Shown piece by piece: positions 1 to 7,788 of a stretch of 14,288 bases of DNA. This DNA is from Pseudomonadota bacterium. GTDB lineage: Bacteria > Bdellovibrionota > FAC87 > UBA2466. Made by a program: the position numbers and the translations under genes. The notes below the pieces were generated by a model, which worked only from the letters and a program-made list of their open reading frames with translations, was not told where the DNA came from and did no database searches. Within the stretch, counting starts at the first letter, position 1. Each line of letters starts with the position of its first letter. Location: assembly GCA_043718025.1 (NCBI GenBank), contig JAYSWN010000045.1:1-14288 (forward strand). Reading direction: 5' to 3'.

Positions 1-42
1 GTCGCTAAAGCTAAACCCAAAAACTGACGAATAGACCTAGGT

Positions 43-606
43 ATGGGTTCACAAGAAAAACGATTTGACTCGCCGTTTCAGGTTGAACCGGCGGTTCTTA
101 GTTGGGTTCCGGCCATGGCCAACTTCGTGTTGGCCGCGGGGTCGTTACTATTTTTGGCTTACGTGGCAATGCAGCTGCGTAACTTGACCGTGGCGGTGAG
201 TGACAAAGCTACCGTCAATAAGCTTGGCGCCAAAATCAAACAGATGGAAAAGCGGGCAGACGTCGGCATCGCACAGGCCAAAGAAGTTACCGAGTTGAAA
301 GATCTGATCACTCGCTACTTTGACACGCAAAAAGCTAAAGATGAGGCGACAAGCAAACTTTCGGGTAGTGAAAAAAATTTAGATCGGTCGCTGGCCTCGC
401 TCAAATCTGGAGTCAAAGGGCGAAAGAAGAAGCAGGTGGAGGCCGAGTTAAAACGGGTAAAGGCAGAAGGCGAACGCCAAATTGCCCTGCTTAAAAAAAA
501 TAGCGGTGAAGCGGCTAGCGAAAATAGAAAAGTTTATGAGCAGCTCAAAGAACGGCTCAAGTTACAGAACCCCACGCTCAAGTCTACGGCGGGCAAAGGG
601 AGATAG
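43..606 (+). CDS. Single-pass membrane protein with MotB-like N-terminal TM helix (Asp->Asn) and Lys/Glu-rich coiled coil; no OmpA-like domain
   Basis: 187-aa ORF. SWVPAMANFVLAAGSLLFLAYVAM aligns by eye with the E. coli MotB TM motif SWKIAYADFMTA. The rest is helical and charged. It ends 8 bp before the next gene. Confidence 0.6.
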   Translation: MGSQEKRFDSPFQVEPAVLSWVPAMANFVLAAGSLLFLAYVAMQLRNLTVAVSDKATVNKLGAKIKQMEKRADVGIAQAKEVTELKDLITRYFDTQKAKDEATSKLSGSEKNLDRSLASLKSGVKGRKKKQVEAELKRVKAEGERQIALLKKNSGEAASENRKVYEQLKERLKLQNPTLKSTAGKGR

Positions 607-614
607 GTTAAGTT

Positions 615-2579
615 ATGCACGGTAACGATTTTGCGAGCCTTTTTTCTGCCGTCTTTTCGAAGATCGGCCTATTCAGCCTCTGGGCTACTTTTCTTGCGGG
701 GGCTATCCTGCGCTGGGTGGCACATGCTCGGGTAAGAGCTCAAGTCAGATTTTTGGCGGCCTACGATCACAGCTTACTGACGCTAAAAGACACGCCTTCG
801 CTATCGAAATCACAGCTTCGCGAAAAATCTGAAAGTTCTTTTCGCAGCTACTATTCGACGGGAGCCGGGCAACGGTTACTTCGCAGCGTCGATCGCTTTC
901 TCGGGGGCGAGGCCACGTCGTGGCAGATAATCGATCGGGTAGTAAATTTGGCTTTTGATAAGCGCGGCGGAGCCGCTCAAGAACGTGCCCGATACGTGCT
1001 GTCTTCGACGCAATCGATGACGCGCTTCTTTAAGATTTTTTCTTTGGGCGCGTTTCATCGCCTCGGGGCCGCGACACCGGCGCTACTCGTTCTGTTGGGC
1101 GCGATGGGCACCTACACTGGTTTTTTAACCGCGTTGCCTGAACTCAATCCGCGTGACATTGCGGATACGGCCGCGCTTAGCTCTACGTTGGCGGCGGTTT
1201 TGGCCCGTATGGGCGTGCACACCGGCTACGCCATACTCGGCACCTTGCTTGCTGCCGCCGCTATCGTTGTGAACGCCATTTGGGATGCCGAACGAACCTT
1301 TCAGGCCGCCACCAACCGACTGGCGCATGTGGTAGAATTTTTAGAAAGTATCGAACATTCTGGAACGGTTACGGGATTGACCGAAGCAACTGAGTCTGCG
1401 GAAGGCGCCAAACTTCGTGGCCAGAGGAATTACCGCGCCACCGCCTCGCTTCCCCAAGCTAACGAAATTGAGGAAAATACTAATTTAGAAACTGCGCCCG
1501 AAGTCCCGGGAAATTTGGCCACCAGCTACGCTACGCCGGCTGCCGCAGAAAGTCCGACAACCCGACGGCCACGAGCCGAAGTCATGAAAGCTGAAGCCGA
1601 CTGGGGCCCACTCCCGCCGTCGGCCGTGCCGAGCCGGAGACAAAAGCCAATTCGCGTGGAAGCAGCGGAGGCTCCAAAACTTGAAGACTCATTTCCCTCG
1701 GACGACGACTTGGTATTAAGCCATGCCGCTCCCGAAATTTCTCAGCAAGTTGGTGAAACGCCGCATGCGCAAGAGCCAGTGCGCGCGCCACGCTCTGCCG
1801 TGTCGACACCGCTTCCCATTGCCGTGCCAGATCCGTTGCCGCCCTTTGAAGAGCAGGTTCCCCTGCCTCCCGTACCTGAGAAATTTCCCGGACAAGACGA
1901 AGTGCGGTCAGATTTTCAATTTCCCGATACGGCACTGCCTACCGACTGGGACGAACAAATCCGGGGTTTAAAAACTCAGCTAAACGCGATGGAGCAGAAT
2001 CCTAATCAGCCCGTTTCGCCGATGGCTCCGGAATACCCGGCTCCAGAAGTTCCTTTTGACGAGATTCAAGAAAAAACCATAGTGGGCACTCCGCAACTGC
2101 TAACCGCACTTCCCGCGCCAACTGAACTTGAGTCGCCGACCGAAGCCGAATTGATTGCGATGATGGTTCCCAAAGAGTGGGCGACGCAACGACCCGCAGA
2201 CCATTTGCCGCACGTCAGTGCTCTGGATCACGATATAAACGAAGCGCCAGTGCGCCCCGAATTGAGAGCGGTGCCGGCGCCAGTCAATCCAGTTTCGTCA
2301 CCTCGGGTTGAGCAAGCCACGCCGGTTTTATCACCTCGGCCAGCCGCCGTGGTCGAGGCACCGGCGGCAAAGGGGTTGAGCGCGGCCGATCAAGATCGTC
2401 TAGCGATCTTGGGGCACCGCATGGACAAAATTTCTCTTTATCTCTCTAAAGCCGGCGAAGATTTGAAAGAGGAGATCATCAGTCAAGAAATGTTCGACGA
2501 TGAAACCAACCGCTGGCGCCATGAGATCGATACTCTTAATAAAGAGATTTCGGCACTGACCGCAAAAATCGCCGCTTAG
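615..2579 (+). CDS. MotA/TolQ/ExbB(ZorA)-like membrane protein, degenerate, with long Pro/Glu/Ala-rich disordered tail and C-terminal helical hairpin
   Basis: 654-aa ORF. N-terminal hydrophobic helix plus TM hairpin TPALLVLLGAMGTYTGF...MGVHTGYAILGTLLAAAAIVVNAIW (aa 154-223), resembling the family P..G..GT..G motif. Low-complexity Pro-rich region at about aa 250-590 and an amphipathic C-terminus. Confidence 0.6.
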   Translation: MHGNDFASLFSAVFSKIGLFSLWATFLAGAILRWVAHARVRAQVRFLAAYDHSLLTLKDTPSLSKSQLREKSESSFRSYYSTGAGQRLLRSVDRFLGGEATSWQIIDRVVNLAFDKRGGAAQERARYVLSSTQSMTRFFKIFSLGAFHRLGAATPALLVLLGAMGTYTGFLTALPELNPRDIADTAALSSTLAAVLARMGVHTGYAILGTLLAAAAIVVNAIWDAERTFQAATNRLAHVVEFLESIEHSGTVTGLTEATESAEGAKLRGQRNYRATASLPQANEIEENTNLETAPEVPGNLATSYATPAAAESPTTRRPRAEVMKAEADWGPLPPSAVPSRRQKPIRVEAAEAPKLEDSFPSDDDLVLSHAAPEISQQVGETPHAQEPVRAPRSAVSTPLPIAVPDPLPPFEEQVPLPPVPEKFPGQDEVRSDFQFPDTALPTDWDEQIRGLKTQLNAMEQNPNQPVSPMAPEYPAPEVPFDEIQEKTIVGTPQLLTALPAPTELESPTEAELIAMMVPKEWATQRPADHLPHVSALDHDINEAPVRPELRAVPAPVNPVSSPRVEQATPVLSPRPAAVVEAPAAKGLSAADQDRLAILGHRMDKISLYLSKAGEDLKEEIISQEMFDDETNRWRHEIDTLNKEISALTAKIAA

Positions 2580-2586
2580 GCGATTT
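2564..2586. terminator. Hairpin at convergent gene junction, probable intrinsic terminator (stronger for the minus-strand GNAT)
   Basis: AAATCGCC-gctta-GGCGATTT perfect 8-bp stem (2566-2586). The A run at 2564-2568 gives a U tract on the minus strand. It spans the convergent stop-codon junction. Confidence 0.5.
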
Positions 2587-3122
2587 CAATCTGGCTCAAT
2601 CACGTTGGCGAAAAGCCTACCATCAATTAGCATTTCATTTTTGTAGTAGTAATACTTCATCGTGCCTTCAAGTTTGAATCCCGCCTTATTCAATACTTTT
2701 TCTGAACGTTCGTTGTGGGCAAGAATAGAAGCCGAGATGCGAATCAATCCCATTTCGTCGAAGCCCATTTTACAAATAGTTTTAACGGCGTCGGTGGCAA
2801 TTCCTTTGCCCCAAAACGGTTTGGCCACCCAGTAACCCAATTCTGCTTTGTGCGCTTCTCCGGGTTTGAACTCAGAAAAACCAATGGCCCCAACCAGAGC
2901 CGCGCTTTCGTCACGTATTGCCCATTGTAGTGTGCTACCCACTCTCTTTGTTTGCTCATCGCAAAACGCCACCCATTGATCGGCTTGCCCTTGGCCGTAA
3001 GGGTGGGGGATAGTGAGCGTGAGGTCGTAAATCTCTTTTTCTTGCAGATATTGGATAAAAAGCGGTTTGTCGTTAGGTACGATTTCACTTAAAAAATAGC
3101 CGTTTTTCATAGCGCGCCACAT
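2586..3122 (-). CDS. GNAT family N-acetyltransferase, RimJ/RimL-like
   Basis: Motifs IPHPY, LVGAIGF, AELGYWVAKPFWGKGIAT (acetyl-CoA loop), N.RSEKVLNKAGFKLEG. Start moved from 3233 to ATG 3122 (alternative 3110) to avoid overlapping the opposite-strand CPXCG gene. Confidence 0.9.
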   Translation of the reverse strand: MWRAMKNGYFLSEIVPNDKPLFIQYLQEKEIYDLTLTIPHPYGQGQADQWVAFCDEQTKRVGSTLQWAIRDESAALVGAIGFSEFKPGEAHKAELGYWVAKPFWGKGIATDAVKTICKMGFDEMGLIRISASILAHNERSEKVLNKAGFKLEGTMKYYYYKNEMLIDGRLFANVIEPD

Positions 3123-3137
3123 GGTTTGGGATTTTAT

Positions 3138-3335
3138 ATGGAAGAAGTTAATGAAACTATCGAAAAAGAATTTTGCTGTCCATTCTGCGGCGAGGAGATT
3201 TCGGTGCTTCTCGATCTGTCGGTAAGTAACCAAACCTTCATCGAAGACTGCGAAGTCTGCTGCCGCCCCATTGAAATCAAGTATTTCTGTGAGGCCAACG
3301 AAGTGACATCATTCGACGTTTCACGCGCCTATTGA
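3138..3335 (+). CDS. CPXCG motif-containing cysteine-rich (putative Zn-binding) protein
   Basis: 65 aa from ATG 3138: CPFCGEEISVLLDLS...QTFIEDCEVCCRPIEI is the typical Cys_rich_CPXG family signature. Confidence 0.9.
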   Translation: MEEVNETIEKEFCCPFCGEEISVLLDLSVSNQTFIEDCEVCCRPIEIKYFCEANEVTSFDVSRAY

Positions 3336-3474
3336 TCGTCGCTAAAACACCACAATGCCGGCCTTATTACCAAACGAAGGCTGGTCATTCTGAATGGATA
3401 AGGCTTTCCGGACACCGCCACGCAAGTGGCCAGAAGTCTAGACTGGCCTTGGGGGTGGGGAATCGGGGACTACA

Positions 3475-3924
3475 TTGAAAGCTATTTATGTTTATGGCGC
3501 ACTGCTTTCAGCTGCACTGCTTAGTGGCTGCGGAAAGGACGCGCGCGATCCGCAGCTACAGTATGGGGATCCCACTCCAGCAAAATTACAATTCACCAAC
3601 ATGCCTTGGTATGATTTTGCGGGCCGCGCCGTTGGTACTGAGTCGTGGAAGACAATTACGATCGCCAACACGGGCACGAGCGTCGCGTCACAGTTGAAGG
3701 GAAGTTTTTACCTGTCGGTCCATTTCTCATTTAAGGGAGGAACTTTTCCTGGTGCCAGTGGAACCTGTGGTGATTTTTTGGAACCAGCTAGCACGTGCAC
3801 CGTAATTGTCGCCTTTTCACCGCAATACGTGGGAACGTTCGAGCAACCGCTTACCGTTCTTTTTTTCGATGGGTTCGCCAACCAGAAGGCGATTGGTCCT
3901 TACCTCAGGGGTGAGGGCATATAG
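3475..3924 (+). CDS. Lipoprotein with a single choice-of-anchor D / ASH-type Ig-like domain
   Basis: TTG start after a GGGGA SD; lipobox LLSG-C; DFAGRAVG...TITIANTG...FSFKGGTFPGASGTCGDFLEPASTCTVIVAFSP is the ASH/choice-of-anchor-D pattern with a Cys pair. Confidence 0.75.
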   Translation: MKAIYVYGALLSAALLSGCGKDARDPQLQYGDPTPAKLQFTNMPWYDFAGRAVGTESWKTITIANTGTSVASQLKGSFYLSVHFSFKGGTFPGASGTCGDFLEPASTCTVIVAFSPQYVGTFEQPLTVLFFDGFANQKAIGPYLRGEGI

Positions 3925-4008
3925 TCACCGCGACAGTTTGCACCGCGAAAAAAATTTATGCCGTGAAAAAACTTCCTCGTTTCTCCCGCCCAAAATAGCG
4001 TTTCACTT

Positions 4009-4024
4009 TGGCACACCGATTGCT
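4009..4024 (+). promoter_or_regulatory. Sigma54 (RpoN) -24/-12 promoter
   Basis: TGGCAC-ACCGA-TTGCT matches consensus TGGCAC-N5-TTGCW, with GG at 4010-4011 and GC at 4022-4023. It lies about 65 bp upstream of ATG 4089. Confidence 0.8.
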
Positions 4025-4088
4025 CTAACCACTTCACAAGTCCACTAACGGACCTAACTAACATCACTTGTTTAAGGGGAATCCTCAG

Positions 4089-4346
4089 ATGAAACAACTC
4101 TTCGCGGTAGCTTTTGCTTTTGGCCTCACGTTTAGCGCATTTGCCGATCATGGGCATGGCGGCGGCTTTGGTGGCGGACATGGCGGCGGACACGTACGCA
4201 CGGTGGTGTGCTCGGCCACGAATCTTCGTGGCATGGTGTTTACCGCCCACGGAAAAGCAAACCGTCGCTTTCAAGTACAACAACGCGCTATGGACAAATG
4301 TGTAATGGCTGGTTCACGCGTTTGCCGTGCAACGGGCTGCAACTAA
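4089..4346 (+). CDS. Small secreted protein (85 aa) with His/Gly-rich N-terminus and 4-Cys basic domain
   Basis: SD AAGGGGA at 4074-4080; Sec signal MKQLFAVAFAFGLTFSAFA; mature DHGHGGGFGGGHGGGH followed by C...C...C...C; terminator directly downstream. Confidence 0.8.
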   Translation: MKQLFAVAFAFGLTFSAFADHGHGGGFGGGHGGGHVRTVVCSATNLRGMVFTAHGKANRRFQVQQRAMDKCVMAGSRVCRATGCN

Positions 4347-4371
4347 AAATTAGAACACGACCCTAGTACTT

Positions 4372-4411
4372 GAAGCCCTCAAAGCCTTTCGCTTTGGGGG
4401 CTTCTTTTTTT
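4372..4411 (+). terminator. Rho-independent terminator
   Basis: 14-bp stem GAAGCCCTCAAAGC / GCTTTGGGGGCTTC (one G-U pair), 5-nt loop, then T7. Confidence 0.9.
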
Positions 4412-4448
4412 ATCGTCTATGGTCCCCGCGCTCGACTATGCTCCCCCC

Positions 4449-5261
4449 ATGGAAACTTTCTCACTCGGTCCCTTGAGCGTCTGGAAAGAAACCCCTACGC
4501 TAACTCCGATTGCTCGCTTGGTGCACTGTCACGGCGTAGGCGAACACAGCGAGCGCCACCGCCACACCTTTACTAAATTACTCGCGAATGGAATTGAAGT
4601 GTTCCGTTTCGATCATCGCGGTTGCGGAAAAAGCCGCGGTGATCGGCAATGGATTGAGCATTTTAGTGATTACGTTGACGATGCTCGCGATGTATTGGAG
4701 CGGGCAAAGAAAGAGAGTCGCCCCTTGCCCCTCTTTCTCATGGGTCACAGTTTAGGGGGAGCCGTGGCGTTACATTTGGCGGCGGAGTGTTCCCGAGATT
4801 TAAACGGGTTGATTCTGAATGCACCGGCTTTCCATATTGGCAAAGGAATCTCGCCCGTGAAGTTGGCGATAGGAAAGTGGCTAGATAAGTTACTGCCTCG
4901 CCTCAAAGTTCCCGAGGCGCTCGATCTGAATACTTTGTCGCGCGACCCTCAAGTAGCCATTGATTATAAAAAAGACCCACTCTGCAATCCCTTTAATACC
5001 GTTCATCAGGGCAACGAAATTTTGAAGGCGTTGAAGCAAATGCCGGCGATGGCCGTAAAAGTAAGCTGCCCGATTTTGATAACCCACGGGGGGAGCGACA
5101 GTCTGATTCCCGTGGCCGGAAGCCAAGAGCTAATGGCCAAGGTGGCATCGCGCGACAAAACCTTTAAAGAGTTCGCGGGCGGTTTTCATGAGTTGCACAA
5201 CGATACCATTCGCGGTGAGTACACTGACCTTGTGGCGGAGTGGATAAAGCAACGGGTGTGA
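4449..5261 (+). CDS. Alpha/beta hydrolase, lysophospholipase / monoacylglycerol lipase family
   Basis: HGVGEHSERH, FDHRGCGKS, nucleophile elbow GHSLGG, HGGSDSLI (Asp) and GFHELHN (His) form the triad. Start is ATG 4449 or 4419. Confidence 0.92.
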   Translation: METFSLGPLSVWKETPTLTPIARLVHCHGVGEHSERHRHTFTKLLANGIEVFRFDHRGCGKSRGDRQWIEHFSDYVDDARDVLERAKKESRPLPLFLMGHSLGGAVALHLAAECSRDLNGLILNAPAFHIGKGISPVKLAIGKWLDKLLPRLKVPEALDLNTLSRDPQVAIDYKKDPLCNPFNTVHQGNEILKALKQMPAMAVKVSCPILITHGGSDSLIPVAGSQELMAKVASRDKTFKEFAGGFHELHNDTIRGEYTDLVAEWIKQRV

Positions 5262-5275
5262 GAAGAGTGGATTTT

Positions 5276-7051
5276 CTAAGGCTCGCGCTCGGGCAGGGGG
5301 GCGGTCTCGACGCTATCGCCGGTGGACATGGGCTCGCGCACCCAGAAACTATTTACGTCGGCGGGGGCGGTCTCTTTATAGAGGCGGCGATACCAGTAAT
5401 AGTTGGCGAGCACGTATCCGACGTATTCGCGAGTTTCACGGTACGGGATTAAATCCAGAAACAGAATCGCCTCATCCATAGGGTAGCGTTTTTTCCAGCG
5501 CAGCACGGGGTCTTCTCCCGCATTGTAGGCGGCAATCACTAAGGCAATGTTTCCATTTAACTTCTTTAACAGCTCATTTACGTAGCGCGAACCCATCTGC
5601 ACGTTAATTTCGGGTTCTAAAAGCCTGGGCACCGAGGCGGGGTCAATCTTTGCGGCCGTGTCAGGATTCAACTGCATCAATCCTTGCGCGTGCGCAATTG
5701 AAATAGCATTGGGATCAAAGGCGCTCTCTTTTTTGGCAATGGCCAAAAGTAAATAGGGGTCGGCGCCATTTCCGTTTTTCTCAATGATCTTCAAAAATTT
5801 GGACGGGTACCAGATCTGCAGAGATTCGCGGCTTATTAGCTCGGGCCTGCGGAGCATAAGCCACGGCATGGTAGTTACCTGAGTGTTGGCATCCGCGAGC
5901 GAGGTTAAATAGAGCTTCTCCGTGGCCGACATTCTCCATGTGCGCGAAAGCGCCCAGCCCGCCACGTTGTTGGCCGACTCTATGAATGAATGGCGACGTA
6001 GAATTTCGATCTGACGAATAGTCACAATGGCCTGACGCGACTTCGACCGCATGTTCACGGAGATCGGTCGCGAAACCAAATATTTTGCGGCAAGATCTAT
6101 TTTCTTCTCGAACGAAGTGACTAAAGTGTGGAAGGAAAAGGGATGACGGCGCATCAGCTGCTGAAATGTCTTTTCGGCCAGGGCCTCTTTACCGGCTTTT
6201 TGCCGAATGCGGGCCAGCCAGTAAAGGGAACGACCGGCAAAGGCGTCGTTCGGCTTCACCCGAGCCAACGCTTTTTCAGCCGCACCTAAATCTTTGGCGA
6301 GCGAATAAAATATTCCGGCGCGGGTTAAAAAATGCTCTCGATCTAAAGGCTCTTTTCGGGCGCAGTCGCCGCTTTTTTCGTAGAGCTGCGCCATCGGTCG
6401 GTAGAGTTCGGGATTGGGGAGGCTATCTTCAAGCGAGGCGGCAACGGAAACGGCCAATGGATTGGGGCAACGCTTCTCGAGCAATGCCGCTTCGCCGATT
6501 AATAAGAGCTCGGGCACCGTTTTTCCGCTTAGCCCCTTAAGTAGGGCAGGGATCTTCGCTTTGCGGATCGCATTAAAGTTCGTAATTTTGTTGTCGCGAA
6601 TTTCGGGCGCAAGGGGTTCGGGCGGAACCACGAGCGGCGGGTAACGCACCTCATTGCGACTGCTAACGTATCGCTCCAAGGTTCTGGCTTGGCGAATCAA
6701 CGAGCAAAATGGATTGGGAGACTTTGTTTTGGCGCAGCTGCGCTTTAATGTAGTCCGCTGAATGCTACTCAATTTACCGCTGAGAAACCGGTCGAAGAGT
6801 TCTGCGTAGTTTCTTTCTCCCTCGCGCACCGCGGCCTCTTCGCGTGCCCTTTCCATGGGGAGAATTTCTCGGGCCGCCGGCTCATCGGTGGTAAGCGGCT
6901 CCCGTTTTAGGGTCTCGGCGGGCAACGAGGGTGAGGGCGGATCAGCAACAATTTCAACCTCTTCGTCGGGTGCGATCGCAGCCTGGCCGCTAACCGCCAA
7001 AAAAAGGGCGAACAAAGACACGGCTAGAGATTTGAATGTTGTGGACATCAT
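5276..7051 (-). CDS. Secreted lytic transglycosylase (SLT domain) with TPR-like helical N-terminal region
   Basis: Signal peptide; SLT motifs KESAFDPNAIS.AHAQGLMQL, AAYNAG, IPYRETREYV; TPR-like segment SLYWLARIRQKAGKEALAEKTFQQL. Confidence 0.92.
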   Translation of the reverse strand: MMSTTFKSLAVSLFALFLAVSGQAAIAPDEEVEIVADPPSPSLPAETLKREPLTTDEPAAREILPMERAREEAAVREGERNYAELFDRFLSGKLSSIQRTTLKRSCAKTKSPNPFCSLIRQARTLERYVSSRNEVRYPPLVVPPEPLAPEIRDNKITNFNAIRKAKIPALLKGLSGKTVPELLLIGEAALLEKRCPNPLAVSVAASLEDSLPNPELYRPMAQLYEKSGDCARKEPLDREHFLTRAGIFYSLAKDLGAAEKALARVKPNDAFAGRSLYWLARIRQKAGKEALAEKTFQQLMRRHPFSFHTLVTSFEKKIDLAAKYLVSRPISVNMRSKSRQAIVTIRQIEILRRHSFIESANNVAGWALSRTWRMSATEKLYLTSLADANTQVTTMPWLMLRRPELISRESLQIWYPSKFLKIIEKNGNGADPYLLLAIAKKESAFDPNAISIAHAQGLMQLNPDTAAKIDPASVPRLLEPEINVQMGSRYVNELLKKLNGNIALVIAAYNAGEDPVLRWKKRYPMDEAILFLDLIPYRETREYVGYVLANYYWYRRLYKETAPADVNSFWVREPMSTGDSVETAPLPEREP

Positions 7052-7076
7052 TTTTCTTATACGGAACGCTTATGCA

Positions 7077-7628
7077 CTACTGACCTATTATCACAAAACT
7101 GGCACGACGATTTTTGGACCAAGCGGTTTCGTCGTGGCCGGGGTCTTGAGGGCGTTCTTTGCCGTAACTAATGGTGGAGACTCGCGCGGCGGCAATCCCT
7201 AACTTTTTTAATCGAGACGCGGCCGCTTTGGCCCGTCGTTCGCCAAGCGCCAAGTTGTATTCCACCGTGCCGCGTTCGTCGCAATGGCCTTCGACCTGCG
7301 CATTAACGGTTGGGTTATCGCGCAAAAAATTGGCATTTTGCTTAAGCGCCGAAACGGCTTCCGGGCTCAACACCGAAGAATCGAAAGGAAAGTAAACGGT
7401 CTGCAGCTCTTGCGACGGGGCGCCTAAGTCACCCGCTCCGGCATTTTCACCCGGTAGTGGAGCCGCGGCTTCGCCGGAGGGTGAGATAAAGGCGTCGTCG
7501 GAATCATTGCGGGTGCCTCCGCCTGATTGGCTGCTGCACGAGACAATCAAAGTGGTCACCGCGAATACGGTGAACAATCTGACGCAAATGCTTTTGAGGA
7601 TTCCGGGCGTATTGTGGTGTGGTCTCAT
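7077..7628 (-). CDS. pal: Peptidoglycan-associated lipoprotein Pal (OmpA-like domain)
   Basis: Lipobox LIVS-C; VYFPFDSS, VEGHCDERGTVEYNLALGERRA, ISYGKERP and WSKNRRA are Pal signatures. ATG 7628 follows an AGGA SD and is preferred over TTG 7652. Confidence 0.92.
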   Translation of the reverse strand: MRPHHNTPGILKSICVRLFTVFAVTTLIVSCSSQSGGGTRNDSDDAFISPSGEAAAPLPGENAGAGDLGAPSQELQTVYFPFDSSVLSPEAVSALKQNANFLRDNPTVNAQVEGHCDERGTVEYNLALGERRAKAAASRLKKLGIAAARVSTISYGKERPQDPGHDETAWSKNRRASFVIIGQ

Positions 7629-7669
7629 CGGCTGTGGCTTCCTTTGGTGCAAGGTATCCTATTCATTCT

Positions 7670-7698
7670 ATTTTATCTCACTTCCGCCTTTTTGCGAA
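7670..7698 (-). promoter_or_regulatory. Putative sigma70-type promoter for pal-slt
   Basis: Minus strand TTCGCA (7698-7693) - 17 nt - TAAAAT (7675-7670), about 40 nt upstream of the pal ATG. Confidence 0.4.
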
Positions 7699-7788
7699 CC
7701 ACGCTCATTAAGTCGCGATGCTTAGCGTTAAAAATGCCCCTCAAGCCGGCGGCTAAAAAATCCGAAAAAAAGAGCGGTGAGGCATCGA

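Noticed and set aside
1..27. 3' end of an upstream CDS (VAKAKPKN-stop)
   Set aside because: Plausible, but only 8 codons are visible, too little to support a feature call.
43..2579. Zorya anti-phage system (zorAB)
   Set aside because: No OmpA-domain ZorB with the conserved Asp and no zorC/D/E in the window. The tail is Pro-rich and disordered rather than a long helix, and the gene order is reversed.
3123..3233. N-terminal extension of the GNAT ORF as given in the ORF track
   Set aside because: It overlaps the well-supported CPXCG gene on the opposite strand, and the GNAT domain begins near 3110-3122.
3395..3450. c-di-GMP-I riboswitch
   Set aside because: It has a GNRA hairpin but lacks the recognisable GGCAAA...GACGCAAA core and P2/P3 arrangement.
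3900..4283. Minus-strand 127-aa ORF and the other short overlapping ORFs in the track (e.g. 1582-1935, 6166-6540, 6855-7202, 7527-7853, 11124-11471)
   Set aside because: They overlap better-supported genes on the other strand or frame and show no recognisable motifs.
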